A stretch of DNA of 21,058 nucleotides from Octopus sinensis (GCF_006345805.1 NW_021823807.1:1-21058), one strand, 5' to 3'. Counted from the first letter of the stretch, positions 9,413 to 20,029 are shown. Numbers and translations: made by a program. Notes: generated by a model not told the origin, from the sequence alone.

Positions 9413-9771
9413 AATAATAATTATCATTATATACGTACATCAATCAAATCAGATAAATCTGATAATGAAAAAGTAATGTTTGAAATCAGTCCAAAAATGT
9501 GTCTCCACGCATTTGTCTTGGTAATGAAGTTTTGAAGGGGATGTTGAAATGCTTCAGCTTCCTTTTCAAGAGTTCCTTCCTCTAATCAGTCTCACCTATG
9601 TTCTCCAGCATAGAGGAATTCTTTGGTGCTTGGATAATTCACCTTGGGAAATATGGCTGCTTCATTCATCATTCTTAAGCAACCTTTATTCAGGGACCTA
9701 TGGAGCAGAATGGACTACTCAACCTGCTGAAAATTCTAACTGGGCCCCACCTGCAAGGTCATGCGCTGTTA

Positions 9772-10468
9772 CTCTTTTCCCTATTCACCGTCTTCGGCAC
9801 TAGACATTTTTATAGAGAACCCATTTCACATCACCAGTCACTATTTGGTGCAAAAAAAGGTTATTCGGGTGACACGACAGCAAAGAGCACACATTAACTC
9901 TCAGCGCGTGATTAGATTCGGAAAATTTGTGAGGAACACATAGATCCAATTCACTGACTTTTCCGATGACATGCAAGTGTCGATGAATGGTTGAATGACT
10001 AAATCCAAGCTTCCCTGCTAGTTTTTCAACAGTTACGATGGGATTTTGTTCCGCCAGGGTTTACAGAATATCCTTGTCAAGCTCTACAGATCTTGCAGGA
10101 CGAGATTCGTCATTTTGGCTGTAGTTTCCGGTTCAGAATTTCTGGAACCATCGTTTACACTGGCTTATGCTTATTGTCTGATCCCCATATACTGCATTGA
10201 TATTCCTCGCACTTTCAATTGCGTTCTTGCCTTTATTGAACTCATAAAACAAAATATGCCAATATGTTCCTTTGTTACTTTCATTATAGCTTTGAGAAAA
10301 ATAACTGTTAAAATCGAAATGCACTCTTCAAAATTGCACTAAAAATAAGTGCAAGGTAAAATTACTACCTGCTTTTAAAGCAAGTTGATGCAGGTAGTTT
10401 ATCCTGTCCCCATCCGACTTTTAGTTCATGCAATTGAAAAACCGCATTATTTACGGGATGGCTCAATA
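9772..10468 (-). mobile_element. Mariner transposon 5' half, decayed
   Basis: TIR-like TATTGAGCCATCCCGTAAATAATGCGGTTTTT starts at 10468. The ORF from ATG 10284 reads MKVTKEH...HILFYEFNKGKNAIESARNINAVYG...KRWFQKF*...CVPHKF...QIVTGDVKW (WVPHEL-like motif and first catalytic Asp), with stops and a frameshift. It is truncated near 9772. Confidence 0.9.
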
Positions 10469-10470
10469 TC

Positions 10471-10950
10471 ATTAGTTTGGCAAGGAAGTAATTTCGTTTT
10501 TTTTTTCTTTTGGCAAATTGACAGAGTTACAATTTTTTTTAATGACTTTTGTCAATGTTATGATTTTTTTCCCTTTGATATGTGACAGCTGTTACTTTTA
10601 GCTTACTTTAGAAGCAAATTGTGTATAATTTTGTTTACAGTTGTTAGTTCAGCGTCAATTTTAACATGGAGTGCAAAAACGAACATCTTTGCCATATTTT
10701 GCTTTTTCTTTTATTTCCGTAAAGGCAAGAAAGCTGCTGAGGGTCACAACGAGATATGTGAAGTTTATGGTATTGGTTGCTTAACAGAACGCACATGTCA
10801 GAAATGGTTTAAAAAAAAATTCCGGTCTGGAGATTTTTCACTGAAAGTTGACTAACGTTCTGGAGACCTACTGACGTTGATGACTGAATCAAAGCCATAA
10901 TTGAATCTGATTGTCATATAACTGTGCAAGAGATTGTAGACAAGTTAAAT
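10471..10950 (+). mobile_element. Second mariner transposon 5' fragment, decayed
   Basis: ATTAGTTTGGCAAGGAAGTAATTTCG resembles mariner TIRs such as Hsmar1. The ORF from ATG 10666 reads MECKNEHLCHILLF..YFRKGKKAAEGHNEICEVYG...TCQKWFKKFRSGDFSL...ITVQEIVDKLN (HTH region), frameshifted. Confidence 0.85.
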
Positions 10951-11033
10951 GCTCTAACCGCTGAGCCATGTGCCTCCACACATACATACATACAGACATA
11001 TATATGAATGTATGTATGTCTGTATATAAATAT

Positions 11034-11274
11034 CTCTTTACTCTGTTACTCTTTTACTTGTTTCAGTCATTTGACTGCGGCCATGCTGGAGCACCGCCTT
11101 TAGTCGAGCAAATCGACCCAAGAACTTATTCTTTGTAAGCCCAGTACTTATTCTATCGGTCTCTTTTGCTGAACTGCTAAGTTACGGGGATGTAAACACA
11201 CCAGCATCGGTTGTCAAGCAATGCTAGGGGGACAAACACACAAACACACACACATACACATATATATATATATA
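11034..11274 (-). mobile_element. SINE family 2, 3' half
   Basis: Reverse complement matches the 3' half of 11275-11650, with a (GAGTAAAA)-type tail. Confidence 0.9.
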
Positions 11275-11650
11275 GGTGCAGGAGTAGCTGTGTGGTAAGT
11301 AGCTTGCTCAATAACCACCACATGGTTCAGGTTCAGTCCCACTACGTGGCACTTTGGGCAAGTGTCTTCTACTATAGCCTCAGGCCGACCAAAGCCTTGT
11401 GAGTGGATTTGGTAGACGGAAACTGAAAGAAGCCTGTCGTGTATATGTATATATATATATGTGTGTGTTTGTGTGTCAGTGTTTGTCCCCGCAACATCGC
11501 TTGACAACAGATGCTGGTGTGTTCATGTCCCCGTAACTTAGCGGTTCGACAAAAGAGACCGATAGAATAAGTACTAGGCTTACAAAGAATAAAGGCAGTG
11601 CTCCAGCATGGCCGCAGTCAAATGACTGAGACAAGTAAAAGAGTAAAGAG
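11275..11650 (+). mobile_element. SINE family 2, full length
   Basis: tRNA-like head, CORE-like CTTTGGGCAAGTGTCTTCT, internal (TA)/(TG) microsatellite and GAGTAAAA tail. Confidence 0.9.
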
Positions 11651-11696
11651 TATATATATATATATTCTTCCGTGGTCAAGCTTGTTCTTCTGCTTG

Positions 11697-12076
11697 GAAT
11701 CGATCAATGGAAATTGCAGATGTGTTACCAGTGCCGGTGGCATGTAAGAGAACTTTCCGTTTCGCGACCGTTGCCAGCACCGCCCCGTTTCGTGTCCGTT
11801 GCCAGCCTCGCCTGGGCCTCGTGCTGGTGGCACATAAAAAGCACCATCTGTTCGTGGCCGTTTGCCAGCTCTGTCTGGCACCAGTGCGGGTGGCACGTAA
11901 AAAGCACCCACTACACTCACGGAGTGGTTGGCGTTAGGAAGGGCATCCAGCCGTAGAAACACTGCCAGATTTGACTGGGCCTGATGAAGCCTTCTGGCTT
12001 CACAGACCCCAGTAGAACCGTCCAACCCATGCTAGCATGGAAAACGGACGCTAAATGATGATGATGATGATGATGA
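11697..12076 (+). mobile_element. RTE LINE 3' UTR fragment with (GAT)n tail
   Basis: Aligns with 5650-6128, with diverged GGCAC-containing units and CCATGCTAGCATGG at 12027-12040. Confidence 0.85.
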
Positions 12077-12102
12077 TATATATATATATATATATATATG
12101 AA

Positions 12103-12655
12103 GGGGTTCTTTCTGTTTCTGCCTACCAAATCCACTCACAAATCTTTGGTCAGCTGTAGTGGAAGACATTTTTCCACAGTGCCTTCGGAGGGGTTGAACC
12201 TACAAATCATGTGACTGCTTATTGATTGTTTAATCAATAAACATTCTTTTTTTTACTCTTTTATTTGTTTCAGTCATTTGACTGTGGCCATGCTGGAGCA
12301 TTGCCTTTAGTTGAACAAACCGACCCCAGGACTCATTCTTTGTAAGCCTATTTACTTATCGGGCTCTTTTGCTGAACTACTAAGTTCTGGGTTGTCAAGC
12401 AATGGTGCAGGGGGGGGGGACAAACACAGACACACAACACATGCACACACACACACACACACATATTTGTATGTATATGTATGTATTTATATATGACAGG
12501 CTTCTTTCAGTTTCCGTCTACCAAATCCACTCACAAAGCTTTGGTTGGCCTGAGGCTATAGTAGAAGACACTTGCCCAAGGTGCCGTGCTGTGGGACCGA
12601 ACCCAGAATCATGTGGTTAGTAAGCAACTACTTACCATACAGCCACTCCTGTGCC
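12103..12655 (-). mobile_element. SINE family 2: fragment 12103-12216 and full copy 12246-12655
   Basis: Reverse complements align to 11275-11650. Confidence 0.85.
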
Positions 12656-12901
12656 TATTTGTGGGAAAGTCTTCACAAATTCAATCAGTATATAAGAAAC
12701 AGCAGAATACTATCAGTTTTCATTTCAATTCTTGAAAGTGAGACTGTGAAGTTCTAGAAACGTCAGATACAGATTTAGGAACTGCACTGTTCCAAACGAA
12801 CAGAAAAAGGCTAACGAGAAAATATGGAAAATATAAAGTAAAGATAGAACTCAGACACAGTCGTGCATCTAACAGAACAAGCATCTATCTATATATATAT
12901 A

Positions 12902-13313
12902 CTCTTTTACTCTTTACTCTTTTACTTGTTTCAGTCATTTGACTGCGGCCATGCTGGAGCACCGCCTTTAGTCGAGCAAATCGACCCCGAGACTTATTCT
13001 ATGTAAGCCCAGTACTTATTCTATCGGTCTCTTATGCCGAACCGCTAAGTGACAGGGACGTAAACACACCAGCATCGGTTGTCAAGCAATGCTAGGGGGA
13101 CAAACACAGACACACAAACATACACACACATATATATATATACATATATACGACAGGCTTCTTTCAGTTTCCGTCTACCAAATCCACTCACAAGGCTTTG
13201 GTCAGCCCGAGGCTATAGCAGAAGACACTTGCCCAAGATGCCACGCAGTGGGACTGAACCTGGAACCATGTGGTTGGTTAGCAAGCTACTTACCACACAG
13301 CCACTCCTGCGCC
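12902..13313 (-). mobile_element. SINE family 2, full length
   Basis: Reverse complement aligns end to end with 11275-11650. Confidence 0.9.
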
Positions 13314-13321
13314 TGTATATA

Positions 13322-13374
<53 letters not shown>

Positions 13375-13565
13375 TATATACCCATATGATGAGATGTATG
13401 AATGTGTGTGTGTGTATGCATGGGTATATATATATGTATCTGATGTATGTGCAGGGGAAAAAGAGAGAGAGGGAGAAAGACAGAAAAGAGCATTAAATAG
13501 ATGTGTGTTTATATATATATGTGTGTGCATGAGTGTGTATGAGTGTGTATGTATACACACACACG

Positions 13566-13597
<32 letters not shown>

Positions 13598-13895
13598 AGC
13601 ACACACATAGACACACATGCTCAGACGGAGTCACAGTCACATACCTATTTATCTGTCGGTATATATATATATATATTTATAGACGTCTATGCACATATAC
13701 ATATTTACATACACACACACACAACACATGTATACACACATATATATACATATATTTTTGCAAGTATAAATTGTATGCACTCGTGTTTCAGATATTTACA
13801 TAATTCTGTCATAAATATTAAAGACAACAGAGACAAATGCAACATTCCCTGACTGGCGATCTCAAACAAGAAAATGCTTACATACATACATACAC

Positions 13896-13926
<31 letters not shown>

Positions 13927-13990
13927 CATGTATATATACATGTGTATGTGTGTTTGTATGTTTTTGTGTGTGTATATATATATTATATAT

Positions 13991-14026
<36 letters not shown>

Positions 14027-14167
14027 CACACGTACATACATACATGATTGCATACATACATAAATATACATATACATATATATACATGCGTGTATGTGGG
14101 ATTGTGTACATATATATATATATATATAATATATACATATACATACACACATATATAATATATATAT

Positions 14168-14200
<33 letters not shown>

Positions 14201-14319
14201 GTGCATACATATATACATACATGCATGCATACATATATAAATATACTTATATATACATGTGTGTATGTGTGTTTGTGGGTTTGTGTACATATATATGTGT
14301 GTGTGTGCATGTATGTATG

Positions 14320-14359
<40 letters not shown>

Positions 14360-14610
14360 TATATACATACAAACACACAAACACACATGTATGCATATGT
14401 ATATTTATGTGTGTATGTATGTATATGTATATATAGAGATAGATATACAGATAGATTGACATACAGATAGATAGATAGACAGACAGATATAGATATACAT
14501 ACATAGATATATACATGCATACATACATACATACATACATACATGCATACACACAAACATATGTATGTATGTATGTATGTATTTATGTATGTATGTATGT
14601 ATGTATGTAT
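13314..14610. repeat. 1.3-kb compound (TA)/(CA)/(TG)/(TATG)/(GATA) microsatellite
   Basis: Direct reading. It accounts for all the YI/CV/HT-rich ORFs here. Confidence 0.95.
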
Positions 14611-15084
14611 AGATATCTCAGTTTACTGCCAGCTATGAACTTTGTCAGTGATATGGTACTGAAGTGTGTCCATCTTTCTAGATGAAGCATCCTGTGTTTT
14701 CTTTCCATTCATCGACAATGTTTGTGTTTCTTATATAGTTAATCAATGTTGGTGGTTTGTAGAATCTGTGTTGAAGTTAAGGAAATTGATATTATACAAT
14801 AATAATAATAACAACAACAACAACAGCAACAACAAAAGCGTGATATTGTGTATTTTATTTGACAATATGATATCACATATGACAACAATGATGCGGTAAC
14901 AGATGTGTATGTGTAGGAAGAGGATATCATTTAGTATATAATGACAGCCACATTATTATGTGATATAACAACAGTAACAACATGATATTATTTATTATAT
15001 AACATGTTAGCATTTGATATATGTAGAATAAAAACTGCAACATTGTATCATGTAGCATATTGCAACAATATCTTATATATCATA

Positions 15085-16408
15085 CAGGGTGGCGATAAAG
15101 TCACACACCATGGGGGATATCAAATATGCTTTATTGGCAATGAAGTAGGCAATCCATTTCAGATGTTCAAAGTGTTGGCCATGAAGTTCTAAACAAGTGT
15201 TCATATGGAATTTGATAAGATGTATTTGAAGGATCTTGGGAATAAGAAGTATGCTAGCAGTCCCCAGCTGCAAGTATATCCCTGTTGGGAGAACGTCTTG
15301 TTTACCGTAGATTTTCCACAGACGCAGGGAGAGGATGGGTTGAATTTGCTGGTTACCGGATCAGACGCTTCTGTTCACCAGAGCCCCATTATCCAGGTGC
15401 AGCCCCGATACCGCTGGGTGTCAGAACAATCTGCCTTGGGTGGCCCTACCAGAAATCAAAGTATCCGATGGCATAGCTCTGACACTCGCGTTTTACCCCC
15501 TTACCATGATGAGGAGGGGTTGGACTTTAGGGGGGGGGAGAATTCATCTACGAAGCAATTGCCCCAGCTCCCCTTCATGGTTGGCGGAAGCAATGTGGTG
15601 GACAACGAAAAACTTGGCTGATGACTGTCAAGGCCCCCATGTCTACAGCGTTCGCTGCTGGAATAGGGAGTGATTGGAGATCACGCGGTTGGTAGCCTCA
15701 AATCCCCAGGCCTGGTTGGCATTTTTGAGACATGCAGCATTGAGGATGAATGAAGCCAGCTCAACCCACCCTGGGTGAATGCTGTCTCAAGACAAGAAGA
15801 AGAAGATATGGAATTTGAAATTGTGATGAAGCCTCTCAAATAGGTCTTCATTGCCGTTGACTTGTTCAAACGCTTCAAGAATTCTTTGAAGAAGATTCTT
15901 TGGTTATGAATCTTTGAATCTTTTCAGAATATATAAGGGATCTAATGTAGACCCAGAAGAAAAATTCCATGGGAGTTAAATCTGGTGACCGTGGTGCCCA
16001 TTCAATTGGCCTGCAATGCCCAAGCCATCTCCCTGGAAAATGTTCATTCAGAAAATCACGAACCCATAATTCGTAATGGAGTGAAGCACCATCCTGCTGA
16101 AACCAGACAGGATTACCCCTTCCAAGTGAATGCATGTGAGGCATCATCCCATTGCCAAGCATGTCCAGATAGGAATCACCTGTCACAGAGCTCTCAAAAT
16201 AAAATGGTCCAATTACTTGATTGTGCCAAAACCCACACCACACCATTACCTCGGTCTCGCCTTGTTGATTATCTGCCTCCAATGATGAATGATCCAATGA
16301 GGATTGGTTGTAAGCAATATTGGCATTTGTGAAAAGAGATAAAAAAAAAAAGAGAATGTTAGCAATTTCACATATTGCAGGATGATGCATGACTTTATGG
16401 CCACCCTG
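15085..16408 (-). mobile_element. Internally deleted DD41D (rosa/Visitor-type) Tc1/mariner element interrupted by an RTE insertion
   Basis: TIRs are CAGGGTGGCGATAAAGTC (15085-15102) and GACTTTATGGCCACCCTG (16391-16408), 17/18, with TA on the left. The minus ORF reads VMVWCGFW...FQQDGASLHY...SPDLTPMEFFFW, with 41 residues between D and E. The C-terminus CLELHGQHFEHL lies at about 15160-15200. Confidence 0.85.
15216..15805 (+). mobile_element. 5'-truncated RTE-type LINE with (GAA)n tail and 13-bp target-site duplication
   Basis: TSD ATATGGAATTTGA at 15203-15215 and 15806-15818, with tail CAAGAAGAAGAAG. Frameshifted peptides GWRKQCGGQRKTWLMTVK and GPHVYSVRCWNRE resemble RTE C-termini. Confidence 0.8.
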
Positions 16409-16497
16409 TTGCTGTCACTAGTATTCACTCCAAACACCATGATGTTGACTGGATGTTTGATTTTTATCAATCTTGGTACATTTTTGGGGGACACAGC
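16409..16497 (-). pseudogene. Short Tc1/mariner-superfamily transposase fragment, possibly maT/DD37D
   Basis: PKNVPRLIKIKHPVNIMVFGVNTSDS resembles the KHPxxxMVxGxxxxxG segment of such transposases. The subfamily call is from recall. Confidence 0.45.
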
Positions 16498-16689
16498 AAA
16501 CGCTCAGATTGACACTCAAACACCCAAAAACAAATAAAGGAAAAGGAAAGAAATTAAAGATAATGGCAGTGCCCCAGCATGGCCACAGCTTGTGAGCTGA
16601 AACTAGATAAAAATTTTTTTTAAATATAAAGTGATAACAATTTACCCATTGTACCCTGTATATATTCATACACACACACATAACACTAG

Positions 16690-17420
16690 TACAACAACAG
16701 CAGTATGATATCATATGATATAACAAAAACATATCACTTGAAATATAGAAATATATTATATTATATAACAATACTATGATATTATAGAATATAACATGAT
16801 GTTATGTATCCTATAAAACAACAGCAGTAACTTGATATCATATACCATATAGCAACAAAATATATCATATAAAATACATAATAATTATATATCACATGTC
16901 AACAAAAGCATGACATAATATCTAGAAATGTGATATAATTAAATATCAACAATATCACATAATATATAGATACTTCATATATTTCATATAGCGACAGTAG
17001 CAGTGATACTAAATATTACATGATAACAAAGTTGTGATAGCATATGTTATAGTTCCTAGAAGCATGATATTGTATATAACAAAACAGTAGTATGATAAAT
17101 TGTAGCAATAACGTATAAACATGATATCACATATTGTATAACAACAAAACAGATTATGAATATGATATAAAAAAGAACATGATAGCATATATCATATAAC
17201 ATGCAGTGACATATTACATGTTAAATAACAGCAATGCTATGACATTATTATAACATGCAATGAAAAGGATATCCTGTATTACATGAATGTAAAACACAGT
17301 ATCATATAGCTATGAAAAATCCCATATATGAAATATAACATGTCTTGAATGGCGCAACAATGCAGAGTGAACTATAATAACTGTTAAAATTTAGTCTGAT
17401 ATGATATAATATTTCAGACT
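16690..17420. repeat. Degenerate AT-rich ATATCA/TGATAT/ATAACA repeat (similar tract at 14830-15084)
   Basis: Recurrent short motifs with no clean period. Confidence 0.6.
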
Positions 17421-17468
17421 ATAAAAAATTCCTTCAGATATCGCTGGGAAATTATCTATCTATATATA

Positions 17469-18003
17469 CAGGGTGTCCCCAAAAAATGTATACACTTGCT
17501 GCAACAGTCTGTCAGCCGAGCATTAGAGAGGACTTTGAACAGGAAGAGTTTTATTTCCAGCAAGATGGGGCACCTCCACACTACCATCACGACGTTAGAT
17601 CCTTTCTTGATGGGATCTTGCCAAACAGGTGGATTGGACGGAGAGGTTTTGTCGAATACCCTCCACGTTCACCAGACCTCACACCACTAGACTTCTTTTT
17701 ATGGGGATACCTAAAGGACAAAGTCTACGCACAGAAACCTGCAACAGTCGTTCAATTGAGGGCAACCATTGAACATGAATGTACGAATATCCCAAGGGAA
17801 TTGTTCCATGATGTGTGCCATTCCATCGCTTCGCATTGTCAGCAGTGTCTGGAGCAGAACGGACATCAGTTTGAGAACATGCGATAACAAGACAATAGAA
17901 TGATATTTGTAAATTCTTTTACATGTTGAAAATTATTCGAATTATAATAAACCCCAAATTTACAATTATTTAAGGTGTGTATACATTTTTTTGGGACACC
18001 CTG
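17469..18003 (+). mobile_element. 535-bp non-autonomous DD41D (rosa/Visitor-type) element
   Basis: 27-bp TIRs CAGGGTGTCCCCAAAAAATGTATACAC (17469-17495) and 17977-18003, 26/27, with TA on both sides. Confidence 0.92.
17486..17887 (+). pseudogene. DD41D transposase C-terminal half (uninterrupted 133-aa ORF)
   Basis: FQQDGAPPHY...YPPRSPDLTPLDFFLWGYLKDKVY...NGHQFE. I counted 41 residues between the last two catalytic Asp. The HTH and first Asp are absent. Confidence 0.9.
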
Positions 18004-18069
18004 TATATTTGGAGTGTTTGGGAAATTTCTTGATACAGTTATGATATTTGGAGAGATTTTTTTCTCAAA

Positions 18070-18439
18070 GAGTTGGCTGTGTGGTAAGTAGCTTGCTAAC
18101 CAACCACATGGTTCCGGGTTCAGTCCCACTGCGTGGCATCTTGGGCAAGTGTCTTCTGCTATAGCCCCGGGCTGACCAATGCCTTGTGAGTGGATTTGGT
18201 AGACGGAAACTGAAAGAAGCCTGTCGTATATATGTATATATATATATATGTGTGTGTGTGTCTGTTTTTGTCACCCTAGCATTGCTTGACAACCGATGCT
18301 GGTGTGTTTATGTCCCCGTTACTTAGCGGTTCGGCAAAAGAGACCGATAGAATAAGTACTGGACTTACAAAGAATAAGTCGACTAAAGGTGGTGCTCCAG
18401 CATGGCCGCAGTCAAATGACTGAAACAAGTAAAAGAGTA
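18070..18439 (+). mobile_element. SINE family 2, near full length
   Basis: Aligns with 11275-11650, with a small internal deletion. Confidence 0.9.
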
Positions 18440-18483
18440 TTGAGAAAAGAACCTTTTTAGGTTCTTTTCTCAATCTATATATA

Positions 18484-18981
18484 TAGATGTAAAACATGGT
18501 ATATGTTTTTATTTTTCATTCCCTTCGAAATTGCTCTTAAATGTGGTTTGGAATTTTTTGACTGTTCCTTCTAGTATGTAAGGCAACCTGTTAAGGCTCA
18601 CCCCTTTTGTGTTTAAATGTACATTAATTTTTATATGAAAAATATGTCTATTGACTTTGTATACATGCTAAGCTAGTAGAAAAAATTTCTATAATTTTTC
18701 CTACCCTATATTAATTTTAAGAAATGATTTTAGCAATTTCTGAAGTTTAATCGGAATTTTTATTTGCTGCCGATTGAATCTGTGCTTGGGCAGAGGATTT
18801 GAAAAATTATAATATATAAGGATGAGACACGTGTTATTTTGTCTCTAATTTATATGTTAATGTTTTGGCACATCCGCTGATGAGAACTTCGCCTTGCAAA
18901 TTATTTTATTTGCTAATTAAAGTTCGAAACCTAAGGTCCAGCTGTAAAACATGGTAAATGTTTTTATTTTTCATTTCCTTC
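18484..18981 (+). mobile_element. Diverged relative of the 1033-2361 element: one 455-bp unit plus about 43-nt terminal redundancy
   Basis: TGTAAAACATGGT(A)TATG/AATGTTTTTATTTTTCATT(C/T)CCTTC recurs at about 18488 and 18943. Collinear shared blocks with the first family include GGTAAATGTTTTT, TTTG(G/A)CTGTT..TTCTAGT, CCCTATATT, TTTGCTGCCGAT and GATTTGAAAA. Confidence 0.75.
18860..18952 (+). ncRNA. Type I hammerhead ribozyme, second subfamily
   Basis: CTGATGA 18877-18883; stem II GAACTT/AAGTTC (18884-18889/18920-18925) with inner hairpin GCAAAT/ATTTGC; GAAAC 18926-18930; stem III ACC-TAA-GGT; GTC 18936-18938. Stem I is ACATCCG/CAGCTGT (5/7) extended by ATGTTTT/AAAACAT. Confidence 0.8.
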
Positions 18982-19014
18982 ATATGTCTATTTTTGTATT
19001 GTTATTTTGATGTA

Positions 19015-19525
19015 CCATAAATCCTTGAGTATAATCCACATTTTTTCCCCAAAATTTAAAGGTCAAAATCCCTAGTGCATACTATATACGAGATTAAAAA
19101 TGAAAAATATTTTCTAAGCAATGTCAGAGTCTCTATTTGCTGTCTGGCAATGTTTATTCAGATGCATTTTGTGATATCAGGCGCGAAAATACATTAAGCT
19201 AAGCCTGAAAGCAATGAAGTCATAAAAGAATCATCCATAACTTGCAGTAAACAACATTTATTGAAATAAAAGTATTCACAACACAGAATAATAAGTAACA
19301 AAAACAATTTGCAAACATATTTACATTCCCATATAACAGTTAAGAACATCACCATTATTGTATTGCACATGCATGGATGTGTTTGTTCGACCAGGTGCTG
19401 CTGGCTTAATTAGTTAGAGAAGGAGAGCATATTATATACAAGGTTTAGGTTTTTTCAGAAGTACAGCCCCCTAAAAATCCCCTGCATATTATACTCAAGT
19501 GCGGACTATACTCGAAGATTTACGG
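19015..19525. mobile_element. 511-bp MITE with TA TSD (Tc2/pogo-like termini)
   Basis: Left end CCATAAATCCTTGAGTATAATCCACA versus right end, reverse-complemented, CCGTAAATCTTCGAGTATAGTCCGCA. TA lies at 19013-14 and 19526-27. There is no ORF. Confidence 0.75.
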
Positions 19526-19775
19526 TACTAACAATTATTCCTAGGATCTCTTTTTTATTTCTTTTGCTTTCTTTCTCTACTCTAAGAAGGAATTTCCAAT
19601 TATTTGAGAAACTTCTAATTATTTTTTTTTGCATATGTCATTCAGCCTCTCATCTCCTTCATATATCTCTATTTTTGTATTGTTATTTTGATGTAGGTAA
19701 ATGTCTCTCAGTGCTTGTGTTTGTGTTTCTGTGCATGCGTTGTATATGTGTGTATGTATATATATATACATATAC

Positions 19776-19931
19776 TCAAAATAAGCAACAAGAATGACTC
19801 CGGTAATTTGGTACGATCGTTTCGTACTACATCATTTTATTAAATATTGTAAGTATTACAACAGTTTTAAAATGATGTAGTACGAAACGATCGTACCAAA
19901 TTACCAGAGTCATTCTTGTTGCTTATTTTGA
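19776..19931. repeat. 156-bp near-perfect inverted repeat (64-bp arms, one mismatch, 28-nt spacer)
   Basis: Arms are 19776-19839 and 19868-19931. The only mismatch is C19801/A19906. Confidence 0.95.
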
Positions 19932-20029
19932 TTATAATCACCCCACGGATTTTTATGGATAACACTATACAGAATTCTGGTGCATCTAAATTAAATACCA
20001 TATTCATTTGAATCTAAATTTTTGCTGAA

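Noticed and set aside
11975-12010. CTGATGA followed by the AGCC/GGCT hairpin
   Set aside because: There is no GAAA after the hairpin, and the other copies read CTGGTGCA or CTGGTGGC, so it is a chance variant in the RTE tail.
12727-12769. GAAACGTC preceded by a small hairpin, a possible fourth hammerhead
   Set aside because: The 5' core reads TTGAAAG (three changes from CTGAAGA) and stem I barely pairs. A family consensus would be needed to rescue it.
13213-14556. Numerous 66-199 aa ORFs rich in Y/I/C/V/H/T
   Set aside because: They are translations of dinucleotide and tetranucleotide microsatellites.
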